A DNA stretch of 64,000 nt, taken from positions 11,542-75,541 of the forward strand of contig JACPKR010000003.1 of the NCBI GenBank assembly GCA_016186945.1, read 5' to 3'. The notes beneath the pieces were generated by a model. It was not told the DNA's origin, did no database searches, and saw nothing but the letters and a program-made list of their open reading frames with translations. This document shows positions 9,186-18,044 of the stretch, piece after piece. Each line of letters begins with the position of its first letter. Within the stretch, counting starts at the first letter, position 1. Both the position numbers and the translations under genes were made by a program. Source of the DNA: Deltaproteobacteria bacterium (GTDB lineage: Bacteria > Bdellovibrionota_B > Oligoflexia > Oligoflexales > Bog-1112).

Positions 9186-9707
9186 TTACCCCTCTTGCAA
9201 GGAACGTAGATAAAGGACGATTTGCCAACGTTCGACAGCCGACGTATTGTGGCCCTGTTCTGGCATAATGGCGCCACCGAATGTTATGCGATGGAAGAAA
9301 AATCCATCCTTTCGATTCTTGTATAGATCAAGTGTCAGATCAGGAGGGCGAACAAATCTATCGACAATAGCTCCCCCACCCTTTGCATCAAGCCCATGGC
9401 AGGCGGCTCCGCAGAATGTTTCAAACAAATGTTTCCCCTGCGCAACATGTTCAGCCTGGTTGGATGCTCCCCTAAGTGGGTTTTCCATCACACTTTCCGC
9501 CTCTTCCGCAGTCGCTGGATAGAGAATGGCATCCCGAGCGACCGAACCCTCGGGTGGGTCCAGGTAATTTCCTTGTGTTTTTATCCCTGGAGTGTCTGCC
9601 ATGTCGGGGAAATACTGCAATTTAGTCTGACTCGGGTCTCCCTTACAGTTCCACAAGTTCAAGATCAGTCCTAGGAAAAATATATTGCGAATCATCGGAG
9701 TCCTCAT
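9186..9707 (-). CDS. actE: Alternative complex III monoheme cytochrome c lipoprotein ActE
   Basis: Lipobox-like LWNC, QYFPDM, heme motif CGAACH, distal ligand region GAIMP; operon position. Confidence 0.85.
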   Translation of the reverse strand: MRTPMIRNIFFLGLILNLWNCKGDPSQTKLQYFPDMADTPGIKTQGNYLDPPEGSVARDAILYPATAEEAESVMENPLRGASNQAEHVAQGKHLFETFCGAACHGLDAKGGGAIVDRFVRPPDLTLDLYKNRKDGFFFHRITFGGAIMPEQGHNTSAVERWQIVLYLRSLQEG

Positions 9708-9708
9708 A

Positions 9709-10239
9709 CTATTCGGAATGGTGAACCTCGTCCGCTCCCCACTGCCTTAACAAATGCGCCTGTTCACTATCTACGCCCACACCTGGGACGAAAACCACAA
9801 ACCGATCGTTCGTTATCGCATTATGTCTGATTTTTCCTCGTGGGTCGGGCAATCTTCCCATGATGATCATGCCAATAATCGTAGCAAGTGCTCCGAATAA
9901 AACCATCAGCTCAAAACCAAACACAAAGTAGGCGGGCAGTGAATAGAAGCCCCCCATTTTGCCACCCACAACGATAGGCCAATCCCAATCCATTCCTATG
10001 GGCATACCAAAACCTGTTGCTATCCCGGCCAACGCTCCTACAAGTGTGAACCAGCGCACTTCGCTAAAGCCATAGACCTTCTCCCCATGTTCCATGAGTT
10101 CATGATAGGACGTTGGTGAATAAATCACATGGTCGCGAAACTGCTTATTCCTGTGCATATGTTTGACCGCGTCGCTTACTTTGTCCAGATAACGAAAGAC
10201 AGCAACGATTCCCTTACGTTCTTTTTTTGGATTAGCCAT
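9709..10239 (-). CDS. actD: Alternative complex III subunit ActD (DUF3341-like)
   Basis: Two TM helices, DWPIVVGGK and FELMVLFGA motifs; located between actC and actE. Confidence 0.85.
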   Translation of the reverse strand: MANPKKERKGIVAVFRYLDKVSDAVKHMHRNKQFRDHVIYSPTSYHELMEHGEKVYGFSEVRWFTLVGALAGIATGFGMPIGMDWDWPIVVGGKMGGFYSLPAYFVFGFELMVLFGALATIIGMIIMGRLPDPRGKIRHNAITNDRFVVFVPGVGVDSEQAHLLRQWGADEVHHSE

Positions 10240-11716
10240 GAGCCTCTCCTTCTTTCAGAGACTTCAATTTATCACCGCTCAAAGGTTTCGGCATAATCAG
10301 TTTAAGCTCCGACATCGAGACCAGAGGGAAGAAACGTGCGAAAATCAACATCCAGGTAAAGAACCAACCAAAGCTTCCCACCGTTATGGTAATTTCAACT
10401 AAAGATGGCTCGTAATGGCCCCAAGAGCCTGGCACGAAATCTTCAACCAGACTGGAGATGATAATGTTATACCTTTCAAACCACATACCCACGTTGATCA
10501 AGACAGTGACAACGAAAGCGACAGCAATATTGTTGCGAATCCTTTTCGACCAGAAAGCTAGAGGAAAGACACAGTTGCAAAACACCATCGTCCAAAAATA
10601 GAACGCGTAAGGTCCACTGGCTCGTTTGACAAAGATAGCCCACTCATATTCGTTCCCACTATACCAAGCTATGAAAAATTCAATACTATAAGCGTAGGAT
10701 ACGATCGTGGACGTAAGAAGGGTCAACTTAATAAGAGCTTCCAGATGTTCCTTCCTTATGAATTGCTCTAACTGGAACATTTTCCTGAAGGGGACCACCA
10801 AGGTGTACACCATCGCACAACCGGAAAGGATCGCTCCCGCAACGAAATAGGGCGGGAAAATGGTTGAGTGCCATCCCGGTTGTGCAGACATAGCAAAGTC
10901 CCAAGACACGATGGAGTGAACAGACAAGACGAGGGGTGTAGCCAGAGCGGCCAGAAGAGCATACCCCACCTCGTAATGATGCCACTGCCGTACCGTCCCC
11001 GTCCAACCAAAGGACATCATGCCATAGATCAAACGTCTGATACCTTTCACCCGGTCACGGATGGAAGCCAAGTCTGGGACCAAGCCCATGTACCAGAAAA
11101 GAAGTGAGACAGTTAAATATGTCGAAATAGCGAAGACGTCCCAAATCAGCGGAGAACGAAAATTGACCCACAGATTGTTCGTGTTGGGAAGCGGTAACAT
11201 CCAATACGCTGCCAGCCAAACACGACCCACGTGTATGAGTGGGAAAAGGCCCGCAGTCATGACAGCGAAAACGGTCATGGCTTCCGCACTTCGGTTTATG
11301 CTGTTCCTCCACTTGGCGCGGAAGAGAAATAAAATCGCTGAAATCAGGGTCCCGGCGTGACCAATACCGACCCAGAAAACGAAGTTTGTAATGAACACGC
11401 CCCAATAAACGGGGCTGTTCAGTCCGCTAACACCCATGCCGACATTGATCATATAAACCCAAGCAGCAATACCAATTGCCATACACAGTACGGAAAACGC
11501 AAGGGCTATATAGTAGGTCTTCGAAGGCTTGTCGATCCCCAGAAGAATGCTATCGTTCACATCAGAAATCGACCTCTGCCAAACGATCTCGTCACTCATC
11601 AAGTCCTTACCACCTTTCTCAGTCACTGTTCTCATTTCCTTCGTTGTCAGAGATTCGCCTCGACCATCTGGACCCTCCGTCACTAAACGGGGGGCCTGCT
11701 CTTCTTTCCTATCCAT
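10232..11716 (-). CDS. actC: Alternative complex III subunit ActC (NrfD family)
   Basis: WGVFITNFVFWVGIGHAGTLISA, RSPLIWDVFA and HSIVSWDFA motifs. Confidence 0.95.
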   Translation of the reverse strand: MDRKEEQAPRLVTEGPDGRGESLTTKEMRTVTEKGGKDLMSDEIVWQRSISDVNDSILLGIDKPSKTYYIALAFSVLCMAIGIAAWVYMINVGMGVSGLNSPVYWGVFITNFVFWVGIGHAGTLISAILFLFRAKWRNSINRSAEAMTVFAVMTAGLFPLIHVGRVWLAAYWMLPLPNTNNLWVNFRSPLIWDVFAISTYLTVSLLFWYMGLVPDLASIRDRVKGIRRLIYGMMSFGWTGTVRQWHHYEVGYALLAALATPLVLSVHSIVSWDFAMSAQPGWHSTIFPPYFVAGAILSGCAMVYTLVVPFRKMFQLEQFIRKEHLEALIKLTLLTSTIVSYAYSIEFFIAWYSGNEYEWAIFVKRASGPYAFYFWTMVFCNCVFPLAFWSKRIRNNIAVAFVVTVLINVGMWFERYNIIISSLVEDFVPGSWGHYEPSLVEITITVGSFGWFFTWMLIFARFFPLVSMSELKLIMPKPLSGDKLKSLKEGEAHG

Positions 11717-14700
11717 GGTGACCGTGTTCCTCTTGCGTTCCTTCTTCCAGCGTTACTTCCGCCAGATAGCTAACGTTGGGGAGGGTCTTCAACCCGAAGT
11801 GGTCGTGCTCTGGCGCACCGCCTAACATGAGATAGGCACGCCCATCATCCCTAAGTTGCGCAACACGGCTTGTCGGATCTTTTAGATTCCCGAAGACAAT
11901 AGCGTTCATCGGACAGGTCTGTTGACAAGCTGTCTGAACTTCACCGTCACGGACCTCACGATTCTGGCCCTTGGCGTTATGCTTCGCATCTGTAATGCGT
12001 TGCAGGCAGAACGAACACTTTTCCATCACTCCTTTGGTGCGCACGGTCACGTCGGGATTCGTAGCACGAGGATTGCGATCCTGCAGGCGCTCGCCCATTT
12101 CCCCCCAACGATGAGTCCACCAGTTGAAGCGCCTGACTTTGTATGGGCAGGCGTTCGCACAATAGCGGGTACCTACACACCTATTGTAAGTCATCGCATT
12201 GAGGCCTTCCGGGTCATGCGTCGTTGCATAGACCGGACAGACACCCTCGCATGGCGCATGATTGCAATGCTGACACATGACGGGCTGTACGCTGACCTGC
12301 GGATTGTTGAGATCCCCACGGAAGTAGCGATCGAGCCTAATCCAGTGCATTTCACGTCCCAAAAGGATCTGCTCACGTCCGGCTTGAGGAACGTTATTCT
12401 CAATACCACATGCGGCCATGCAGGCCCCACATCCGTTACAACGATCGAGGTCGATTGACATACCCCATCGGTGCTTGGACTCTTCGTCCAGTTTGGGGAA
12501 GAGGTCAGGAACGTCATCCAGTCCCCTTTTATGCGTCGCCTTTTTCAGGACTTCCTTCATCGGCATAGTTTTGATGATGTCAGCTCGTCCCTCCATATCG
12601 TGAACCAACTTCTGCATGGCCGCCAGTCGGAACCACTTTCCTGTCGCTTTGATTTCGACGGGAAACACGCTCGTGACGGGTTGTCCAGAAAGAGGATCGG
12701 AAGCTTTCTCCACGAGAGTCAGTGGATTGACGCCGTTAAGGTAGCTGATCGTGCTTCTTTTATCTTCATGACCATTTCCACGAGGAATAACGACCGTATC
12801 AGGATGCAGTCCGGGAAGAGGATAAACTGCCAGCTCCACACTTCCACCAGGCCCCGTCACGCTCACAAGTTGATTTCGCTGCCATCCGAACTTCTTCGCA
12901 GTATGGGGATTGACGGCAAGCCAAGTATCCCAGGCAATGGACGTAAGTGCGTCCCCGATTTCCTGAAGAATAGGAAGATGCGCCCCCCTTCCCTCCACAA
13001 GGCGATGGTCCAGAGGAGCGGCCAGTACAAATTTACCCACACTCGGGGCCTTCAAAGTACGGAAATGCTGCTGCACGTCTTTAACATCATTCGCAGCACG
13101 TATCGACATCTTGCCTGTAAAACCCCGCCTTATAACTGCCTTGAAAAACGTTTCGTAAGCAATCGACGGTCTGATGAGTTCATAGATCGCATGCCACTTC
13201 TTTTTTAAATAAGCCCTGTAGTCCTGATAAGGGAGGTTTTTCTCAACACTAGCGAGGACCCACAGGAGGATGTCTTCCGCCTGCCGGCTATTTTTCGTCG
13301 GACGTACCGCCGGCTGACGCATCGACCAGAAACCAGCTATAGATTGCTCATCACCCCAGGACTCTAAATTATGGTTACCCGGCAATACGACATGGGCAAC
13401 TCGGTCTGTCTCAACAGGAAAGGACTGAATGGAAACGATGAGAGGAATTTTGGAAAACAAGTCACCTAATTTCCAGCTCTGCGGTACCGAAAAGAGAGGG
13501 TCGCTGTCGATAACGAAGAGAACATCGAGCTTGCCAGCCTCTTCGAAACGCACAAGGTCACCGTTTCGCACGGGTGACTTCGCCCAACCCTCATCAAAAA
13601 AGATCGTCTTTCCAAAGGCACCGCTGAGCGTGTTTGCCATGATCGCGGCCAACTGCAGAAGCGTTGCGTTCTGATCGAAATTGGCACCACTGCCCGCCAT
13701 TACGATAGAAGGTTTTTCGATCAGTTCTTGCGCAATCCCGTCGAAGACGTCTCGCCCTACACCGATCGTTTCATAGGCATTGAGTAGGACGGCTTCCTGC
13801 GCTTGCAAAGTTGCGGCTACATCGCTACGAAATTTCTGAGTACCCTTTGACGCAGGATTTTCATAAAGCGCTTTGACAAGAAGAAGAGCAACGACACTTT
13901 CGTTGCCGGCGGGGATGACATGACGCTCATCTGCGGTTGAACCTGTCAAAGTCAAGTTGGATTCAAACTGCACGAATTTGTTGCGTCGCCCCCTTCTTAC
14001 GGAACGGCCCTGAGAGAATCCTTTCGAATGCGAGACAGGAGAAAGTCCGGATACCTGAAAGTCGGTCCCAACTCCTACGATGAAAGCCGCCTCGCTAAGT
14101 TCCATCCTTGGCAAGTCAGCATGTCCAAAGCTAAGGCGATACGCTTCAGAAACAGAACTATAAAGAGAGTTCGCCTCCCAAGTGTAAAGCTCCTTCTCGG
14201 AAGAACCTAGACGCTTGAGAACCTCCTCGAAGAACTCATGACGATGGCCTGTCGCTCCTCCTGTGAAGATACCCACTTTTTTAGCATTCTTCACCCCCGC
14301 TATAACTTTCGCCAAGGCCTCGTCCCATGTGACATCGCCCCACTTATCCCCATCTCGGAACTGAGGAGACTGCAAGCGTTCAGGATGATAAAGCCCCTGT
14401 ATTTCCGCCTGGCCTAAAGCACAGAGACCTCCCTGGTTGAGGGGATGTTCGGAGTTCCCTTCTAACTTTACAGGACGACCTTCTCTGGTTTTGACAGAGA
14501 TGCCACAACCTGCCGGACAACTTCCACACGTCGAAGCGTAGTGTGTCGCCACCCCAGGGACCTGGTCGATCGGCTGCTTGACGTAGGCGATAGCCTTTTC
14601 CGCAGGTCGACGTACGCAGGATGCCGCACCAGCAACCGCACTTAAACTAAACAAGCGCATAAAGTCACGCCTGTCGACGGGAAGGATTTCCCCCTCTTTT

Positions 14701-14822
14701 TTCCCACTGGAGGAATCTTTTCCTTCCGCAATTTCGGGAAGGACTTCCTCGGCAGCCATATAATGGGGGGATCGGGAAGATTGAGACACTTGGTTTACGT
14801 TTGTTTCTAATCTCTCGGTCAT
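11709..14822 (-). CDS. actB: Alternative complex III subunit ActB (molybdopterin-oxidoreductase-like domain fused to Fe-S domain)
   Basis: Tat motif RRDF; GRPVKLEGN; Fe-S motifs CNGCGACMAAC, CQHCNHAPCEGVCP, CVGTRYCANACP and CSFC. Confidence 0.95.
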   Translation of the reverse strand: MTERLETNVNQVSQSSRSPHYMAAEEVLPEIAEGKDSSSGKKEGEILPVDRRDFMRLFSLSAVAGAASCVRRPAEKAIAYVKQPIDQVPGVATHYASTCGSCPAGCGISVKTREGRPVKLEGNSEHPLNQGGLCALGQAEIQGLYHPERLQSPQFRDGDKWGDVTWDEALAKVIAGVKNAKKVGIFTGGATGHRHEFFEEVLKRLGSSEKELYTWEANSLYSSVSEAYRLSFGHADLPRMELSEAAFIVGVGTDFQVSGLSPVSHSKGFSQGRSVRRGRRNKFVQFESNLTLTGSTADERHVIPAGNESVVALLLVKALYENPASKGTQKFRSDVAATLQAQEAVLLNAYETIGVGRDVFDGIAQELIEKPSIVMAGSGANFDQNATLLQLAAIMANTLSGAFGKTIFFDEGWAKSPVRNGDLVRFEEAGKLDVLFVIDSDPLFSVPQSWKLGDLFSKIPLIVSIQSFPVETDRVAHVVLPGNHNLESWGDEQSIAGFWSMRQPAVRPTKNSRQAEDILLWVLASVEKNLPYQDYRAYLKKKWHAIYELIRPSIAYETFFKAVIRRGFTGKMSIRAANDVKDVQQHFRTLKAPSVGKFVLAAPLDHRLVEGRGAHLPILQEIGDALTSIAWDTWLAVNPHTAKKFGWQRNQLVSVTGPGGSVELAVYPLPGLHPDTVVIPRGNGHEDKRSTISYLNGVNPLTLVEKASDPLSGQPVTSVFPVEIKATGKWFRLAAMQKLVHDMEGRADIIKTMPMKEVLKKATHKRGLDDVPDLFPKLDEESKHRWGMSIDLDRCNGCGACMAACGIENNVPQAGREQILLGREMHWIRLDRYFRGDLNNPQVSVQPVMCQHCNHAPCEGVCPVYATTHDPEGLNAMTYNRCVGTRYCANACPYKVRRFNWWTHRWGEMGERLQDRNPRATNPDVTVRTKGVMEKCSFCLQRITDAKHNAKGQNREVRDGEVQTACQQTCPMNAIVFGNLKDPTSRVAQLRDDGRAYLMLGGAPEHDHFGLKTLPNVSYLAEVTLEEGTQEEHGHHG

Positions 14823-14848
14823 GGTTAACTATCAAACTCCCAGGTTTG

Positions 14849-14960
14849 AAGCCCCTTTTCAAAAAACTTCAATATCTAAAGTTTTTTGGGGGGAGGCGTG
14901 GAGGGGAACTTTTTTTCAAAAAAGGTCCTCTCCACAAATTCTTTTTCTCAAATACTATAG
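14849..14960 (+). mobile_element. Family B MITE, right two-thirds
   Basis: Near-identical to 19929-20040; ends in AATACTATAG; lies between actA and actB. Confidence 0.85.
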
Positions 14961-14990
14961 CTGCGCAAAAGACCTTGCTTTTCGCAGACG

Positions 14991-15581
14991 TTAGAAATGA
15001 CAAGTATTACAAGTCACCGGAGCGGTGGTCAAAGCAGGCTTCCCCTCTTTCGCCGGTTCCTTTACATTATTATGACAGTCGACACACCAGCCCATCTGGA
15101 GGGGCGCCCACTGTTCTGCTGTAAACATGCCCTGGACTTGCCCATGGCAGGATTGACACTCCAACACTGCTTTGCCATCTTTGTCCTTTGCCAAAACATG
15201 CACCCTGTGGCTGAACCTTACAAAGTCAGGAAGGTCGTGGACCTTCACCCACTTGATGGGTTCATTGTTGTCGAACATTTCTTTCATCTTTTTGATAGGC
15301 TCAGCACTCGTGTTAACAATCTTGTGGCACCCCATGCAGGTGTTGAGAGGAGGCAGCCCAGCTGTCTTCGACCTGCGTGCGGCCGAGTGACAATACTCGC
15401 AAGGAATCTTGCGGTCCGTCGCATGCATACGATGGTTGAAGTCAATGGGTTGCTTAGGATGGTATCCTGTACCAAAAAGGCTTTGAGTCGAATTGTCAAC
15501 CGAGTCTCCGGGAGTATAGCCCCACCAAGAGTAGGCCGATGAACTTAGAAAACAACTTAAGACAAGAATGCGCAGGAACAA
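14991..15581 (-). CDS. actA: Alternative complex III pentaheme cytochrome c ActA
   Basis: Five CxxCH motifs (CEYCH, CMGCH, CQSCH, CVDCH, CNTCH). Start reassigned to TTG 15581 with SD AAGGAGG at 15589-15595. Confidence 0.9.
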   Translation of the reverse strand: MFLRILVLSCFLSSSAYSWWGYTPGDSVDNSTQSLFGTGYHPKQPIDFNHRMHATDRKIPCEYCHSAARRSKTAGLPPLNTCMGCHKIVNTSAEPIKKMKEMFDNNEPIKWVKVHDLPDFVRFSHRVHVLAKDKDGKAVLECQSCHGQVQGMFTAEQWAPLQMGWCVDCHNNVKEPAKEGKPALTTAPVTCNTCHF

Positions 15582-15698
15582 ATGTAAGCCTCCTTGCTGA
15601 TTTCCACCACTTACTTGAAAATAAAATACGAGGCATAAAATCAAAGAATGAATTATCACAATTGTTTTGCGTGAGCCAATCATTTTCATCATATGTTC

Positions 15699-15821
15699 GT
15701 GAGGCGTAAGCCGCATGTTGTGAAAAGGGAGAGGTGGGTTTGGGGGGGCAAGTGAAGCGTCGCCTCCCCCGGATTTCTGGGAGGAACCAGCTGCGCAGTT
15801 TCCTCCAAACCACCTCCTTGC
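15699..15821 (-). mobile_element. Family A MITE, diverged, one TIR truncated
   Basis: Contains the core GGAGGAACCAGCTGCGCAGTTTCCTCCAAACCACCTCCTTGC and a TIR-like GTGAGGCGTAAGCCGC. Confidence 0.85.
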
Positions 15822-15840
15822 AACCAAGGAAGGATCACCG

Positions 15841-17847
15841 ATGACCGAGATTTATAGAATAGAGTCCCCTTTTCAACCTGCTGGCGACCAACCACAGGCG
15901 ATCGAAAACATAGTGAATTCGTTTTCTCGCGGAGACAAGCATCACGTCTTACTCGGCGTCACAGGGTCAGGAAAAACATTTTCCGTGGCCCATATCATCG
16001 CCCGACTGAATCGCTCCGCACTCGTGATCGCACCGAACAAAACTTTAGCCGCTCAACTTTACATCGAACTGAAGGGTTTGTTTCCCGATAATGCTGTAGG
16101 CTTTTTCATTAGCTACTACGATTATTTCCAGCCTGAAGCTTATGTCCCTTCCACAGACACTTACATTGCCAAAGACAGTGCCATCAACGACGACATCGAC
16201 AAAATGCGCCACAATGCGACGCAGCTTCTCTTTGAGGAGCCTGCCGCCATCATCGTCGCAAGTGTTAGCTGCATCTACGGCCTTGGTTCTCCAGACACTT
16301 ACGCTAGCAAGGTAGTCAATGTTGCCAAGGGTGATACCTTGAGCAGAAACGATTTGCTCCGCTCACTTCTTGCCATCAACTACCAGCGTAACGACCACAA
16401 CCTCCTACGTGGTCACCTACGCGTGAGAGGAGATATCGTCGATATCTTGCCGTCAAACCAGACAGACCGAGCTGTCCGTGTCTCCTTCCTGGAGACATCC
16501 GTAGAAAGCATCTCCCTCGTCGACCCGCTCACGGGCGAATGGCGAGAAGATCTTGAGGAAGTTTCGCTCTACCCGAACAGCCACTATGTAACGGACCGAA
16601 AAGATATGAAATCGGTCATAAACGAAATCCTCACCGATCTGGGAACCAAGCTGCGAGAGCTGAAGGATCAAAACAGACTGGTGGAAGCGCAACGGCTCGA
16701 ACAACGAACCATGCAAGACGTGGAAGCCATGGAGCAGCTTGGCTTCTGTCCTGGGATTGAAAATTACTCTCGCTATCTTTCCGGAAAAAAACCAGGGGAA
16801 GCTCCCCCTTGCCTTTTAGATTACTTCCCCCCCGACTTCCTGGTTATCATCGACGAAAGCCACATCACCGTCCCGCAATTGAAAGGTATGTACCGGGGCG
16901 ATCAGGCCAGAAAACAAACCCTCGTCCACTATGGTTTCCGCCTACCGTCCGCACTCGACAACCGACCCCTGAACTTCAATGAATTCTTGGAACGCTGTCA
17001 CCAGGTCCTTTTTGTTTCTGCCACACCCGGGCCTCTGGAATTAGCGATGGCCGATGGGCACATTTCTGAGCAAATCATCCGCCCCACCGGCCTTGTCGAT
17101 CCGAATATCATCGTGAAGCCTGCGAAATACCAAGTCGACGACCTACACACGGAGATCAAACGCGCGGTGGATTTGAAAGGACGCGTGCTCGTCACCACAC
17201 TTACAAAAAGAATGGCGGAAGATCTTACAGAGTACTACGCCGACCTCGGGGTTCGCGTGAAATACCTCCATGCTGATATCGACGCGTTGGAACGAGCATC
17301 ACTTTTACGATCCCTTCGCCTGGGTGAATTCGACGTCCTCATCGGCATCAACCTTCTTCGCGAAGGTCTCGACCTTCCCGAAGTCCTCCTAGTCGCCGTC
17401 ATGGACGCTGACAAGGAAGGCTTCCTGCGTTCGCACCGCTCCCTCATTCAAATTGTGGGACGAGCTGCTCGCAATAGCCAGTCACAAGTGATCTTTTATG
17501 CAGACACCGAGACTGAGTCGATGAGGGAAGCCCTCCACGAAACAGAACGACGCCGACAGAAACAACTCGCCTACAACGAAGCTCATAACATTACCCCAAA
17601 AACCGTGGTCAAGGACATTCCCAAAGACTTACGAGCCATGTACGGGCTTTCTGAATCCCTCGAGGAAACTCCGGAAGACATCCTCGATACATTGAGGCTA
17701 CAATTTAACTCAGCAAGCGACATAGAAACCGCTATCCGCAGAAAGACGAAAATTATGAAAGCCCATGCCGCACGAATGGAATTCGAACAGGCAGCGGAAC
17801 TTCGAAACGAAGTCAGGAAACTGAAAGCCTTGCTCCTTGTTTTTTGA
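15841..17847 (+). CDS. uvrB: Excinuclease ABC subunit B
   Basis: GVTGSGKT, YYDYFQPEAYVP, DESH, GINLLREGLDLPEV and C-terminal FEQAAELRNE. Confidence 0.98.
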   Translation: MTEIYRIESPFQPAGDQPQAIENIVNSFSRGDKHHVLLGVTGSGKTFSVAHIIARLNRSALVIAPNKTLAAQLYIELKGLFPDNAVGFFISYYDYFQPEAYVPSTDTYIAKDSAINDDIDKMRHNATQLLFEEPAAIIVASVSCIYGLGSPDTYASKVVNVAKGDTLSRNDLLRSLLAINYQRNDHNLLRGHLRVRGDIVDILPSNQTDRAVRVSFLETSVESISLVDPLTGEWREDLEEVSLYPNSHYVTDRKDMKSVINEILTDLGTKLRELKDQNRLVEAQRLEQRTMQDVEAMEQLGFCPGIENYSRYLSGKKPGEAPPCLLDYFPPDFLVIIDESHITVPQLKGMYRGDQARKQTLVHYGFRLPSALDNRPLNFNEFLERCHQVLFVSATPGPLELAMADGHISEQIIRPTGLVDPNIIVKPAKYQVDDLHTEIKRAVDLKGRVLVTTLTKRMAEDLTEYYADLGVRVKYLHADIDALERASLLRSLRLGEFDVLIGINLLREGLDLPEVLLVAVMDADKEGFLRSHRSLIQIVGRAARNSQSQVIFYADTETESMREALHETERRRQKQLAYNEAHNITPKTVVKDIPKDLRAMYGLSESLEETPEDILDTLRLQFNSASDIETAIRRKTKIMKAHAARMEFEQAAELRNEVRKLKALLLVF

Positions 17848-17849
17848 CA

Positions 17850-18044
17850 CTATAGTGTTTAAGGAAATCAATTTGGGGAAAAACTTTTTGGAAAAAGTTC
17901 TTTCCCCAAGCCCCTTTTCAAAAACTTCAATAGTTAAAGTTTTTTGGGGGGAGGTGTGGAGGGGAACTTTGTCATCCCGCGGCTTGACCGCGGGATCCAT
18001 TTTTCAAAAAAGGTCCTCTCCACAAATTCTTTTTCCCAATTACT
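17850..18044 (+). mobile_element. Family B MITE, full length, carrying an inserted REP
   Basis: Starts CTATAGTGTT; fills the whole uvrB-uvrC spacer; right end TTACTAT runs into the uvrC ATG. Confidence 0.9.
17970..17999 (+). repeat. Family C REP-like palindrome (GTCATCCCG type)
   Basis: TGTCATCCCGCGGCTTGACCGCGGGATCCA; absent from the other B copies at this position; same unit at 52915. Confidence 0.85.

Noticed and set aside
15582-15827. Long N-terminal extensions of ActA, ArgS (30426-30575) and FabG (48004-48072) in the ORF track
   Set aside because: They arise from stop-free frames of MITE A; better SD/start pairs exist downstream (15581, 30425, 48073).
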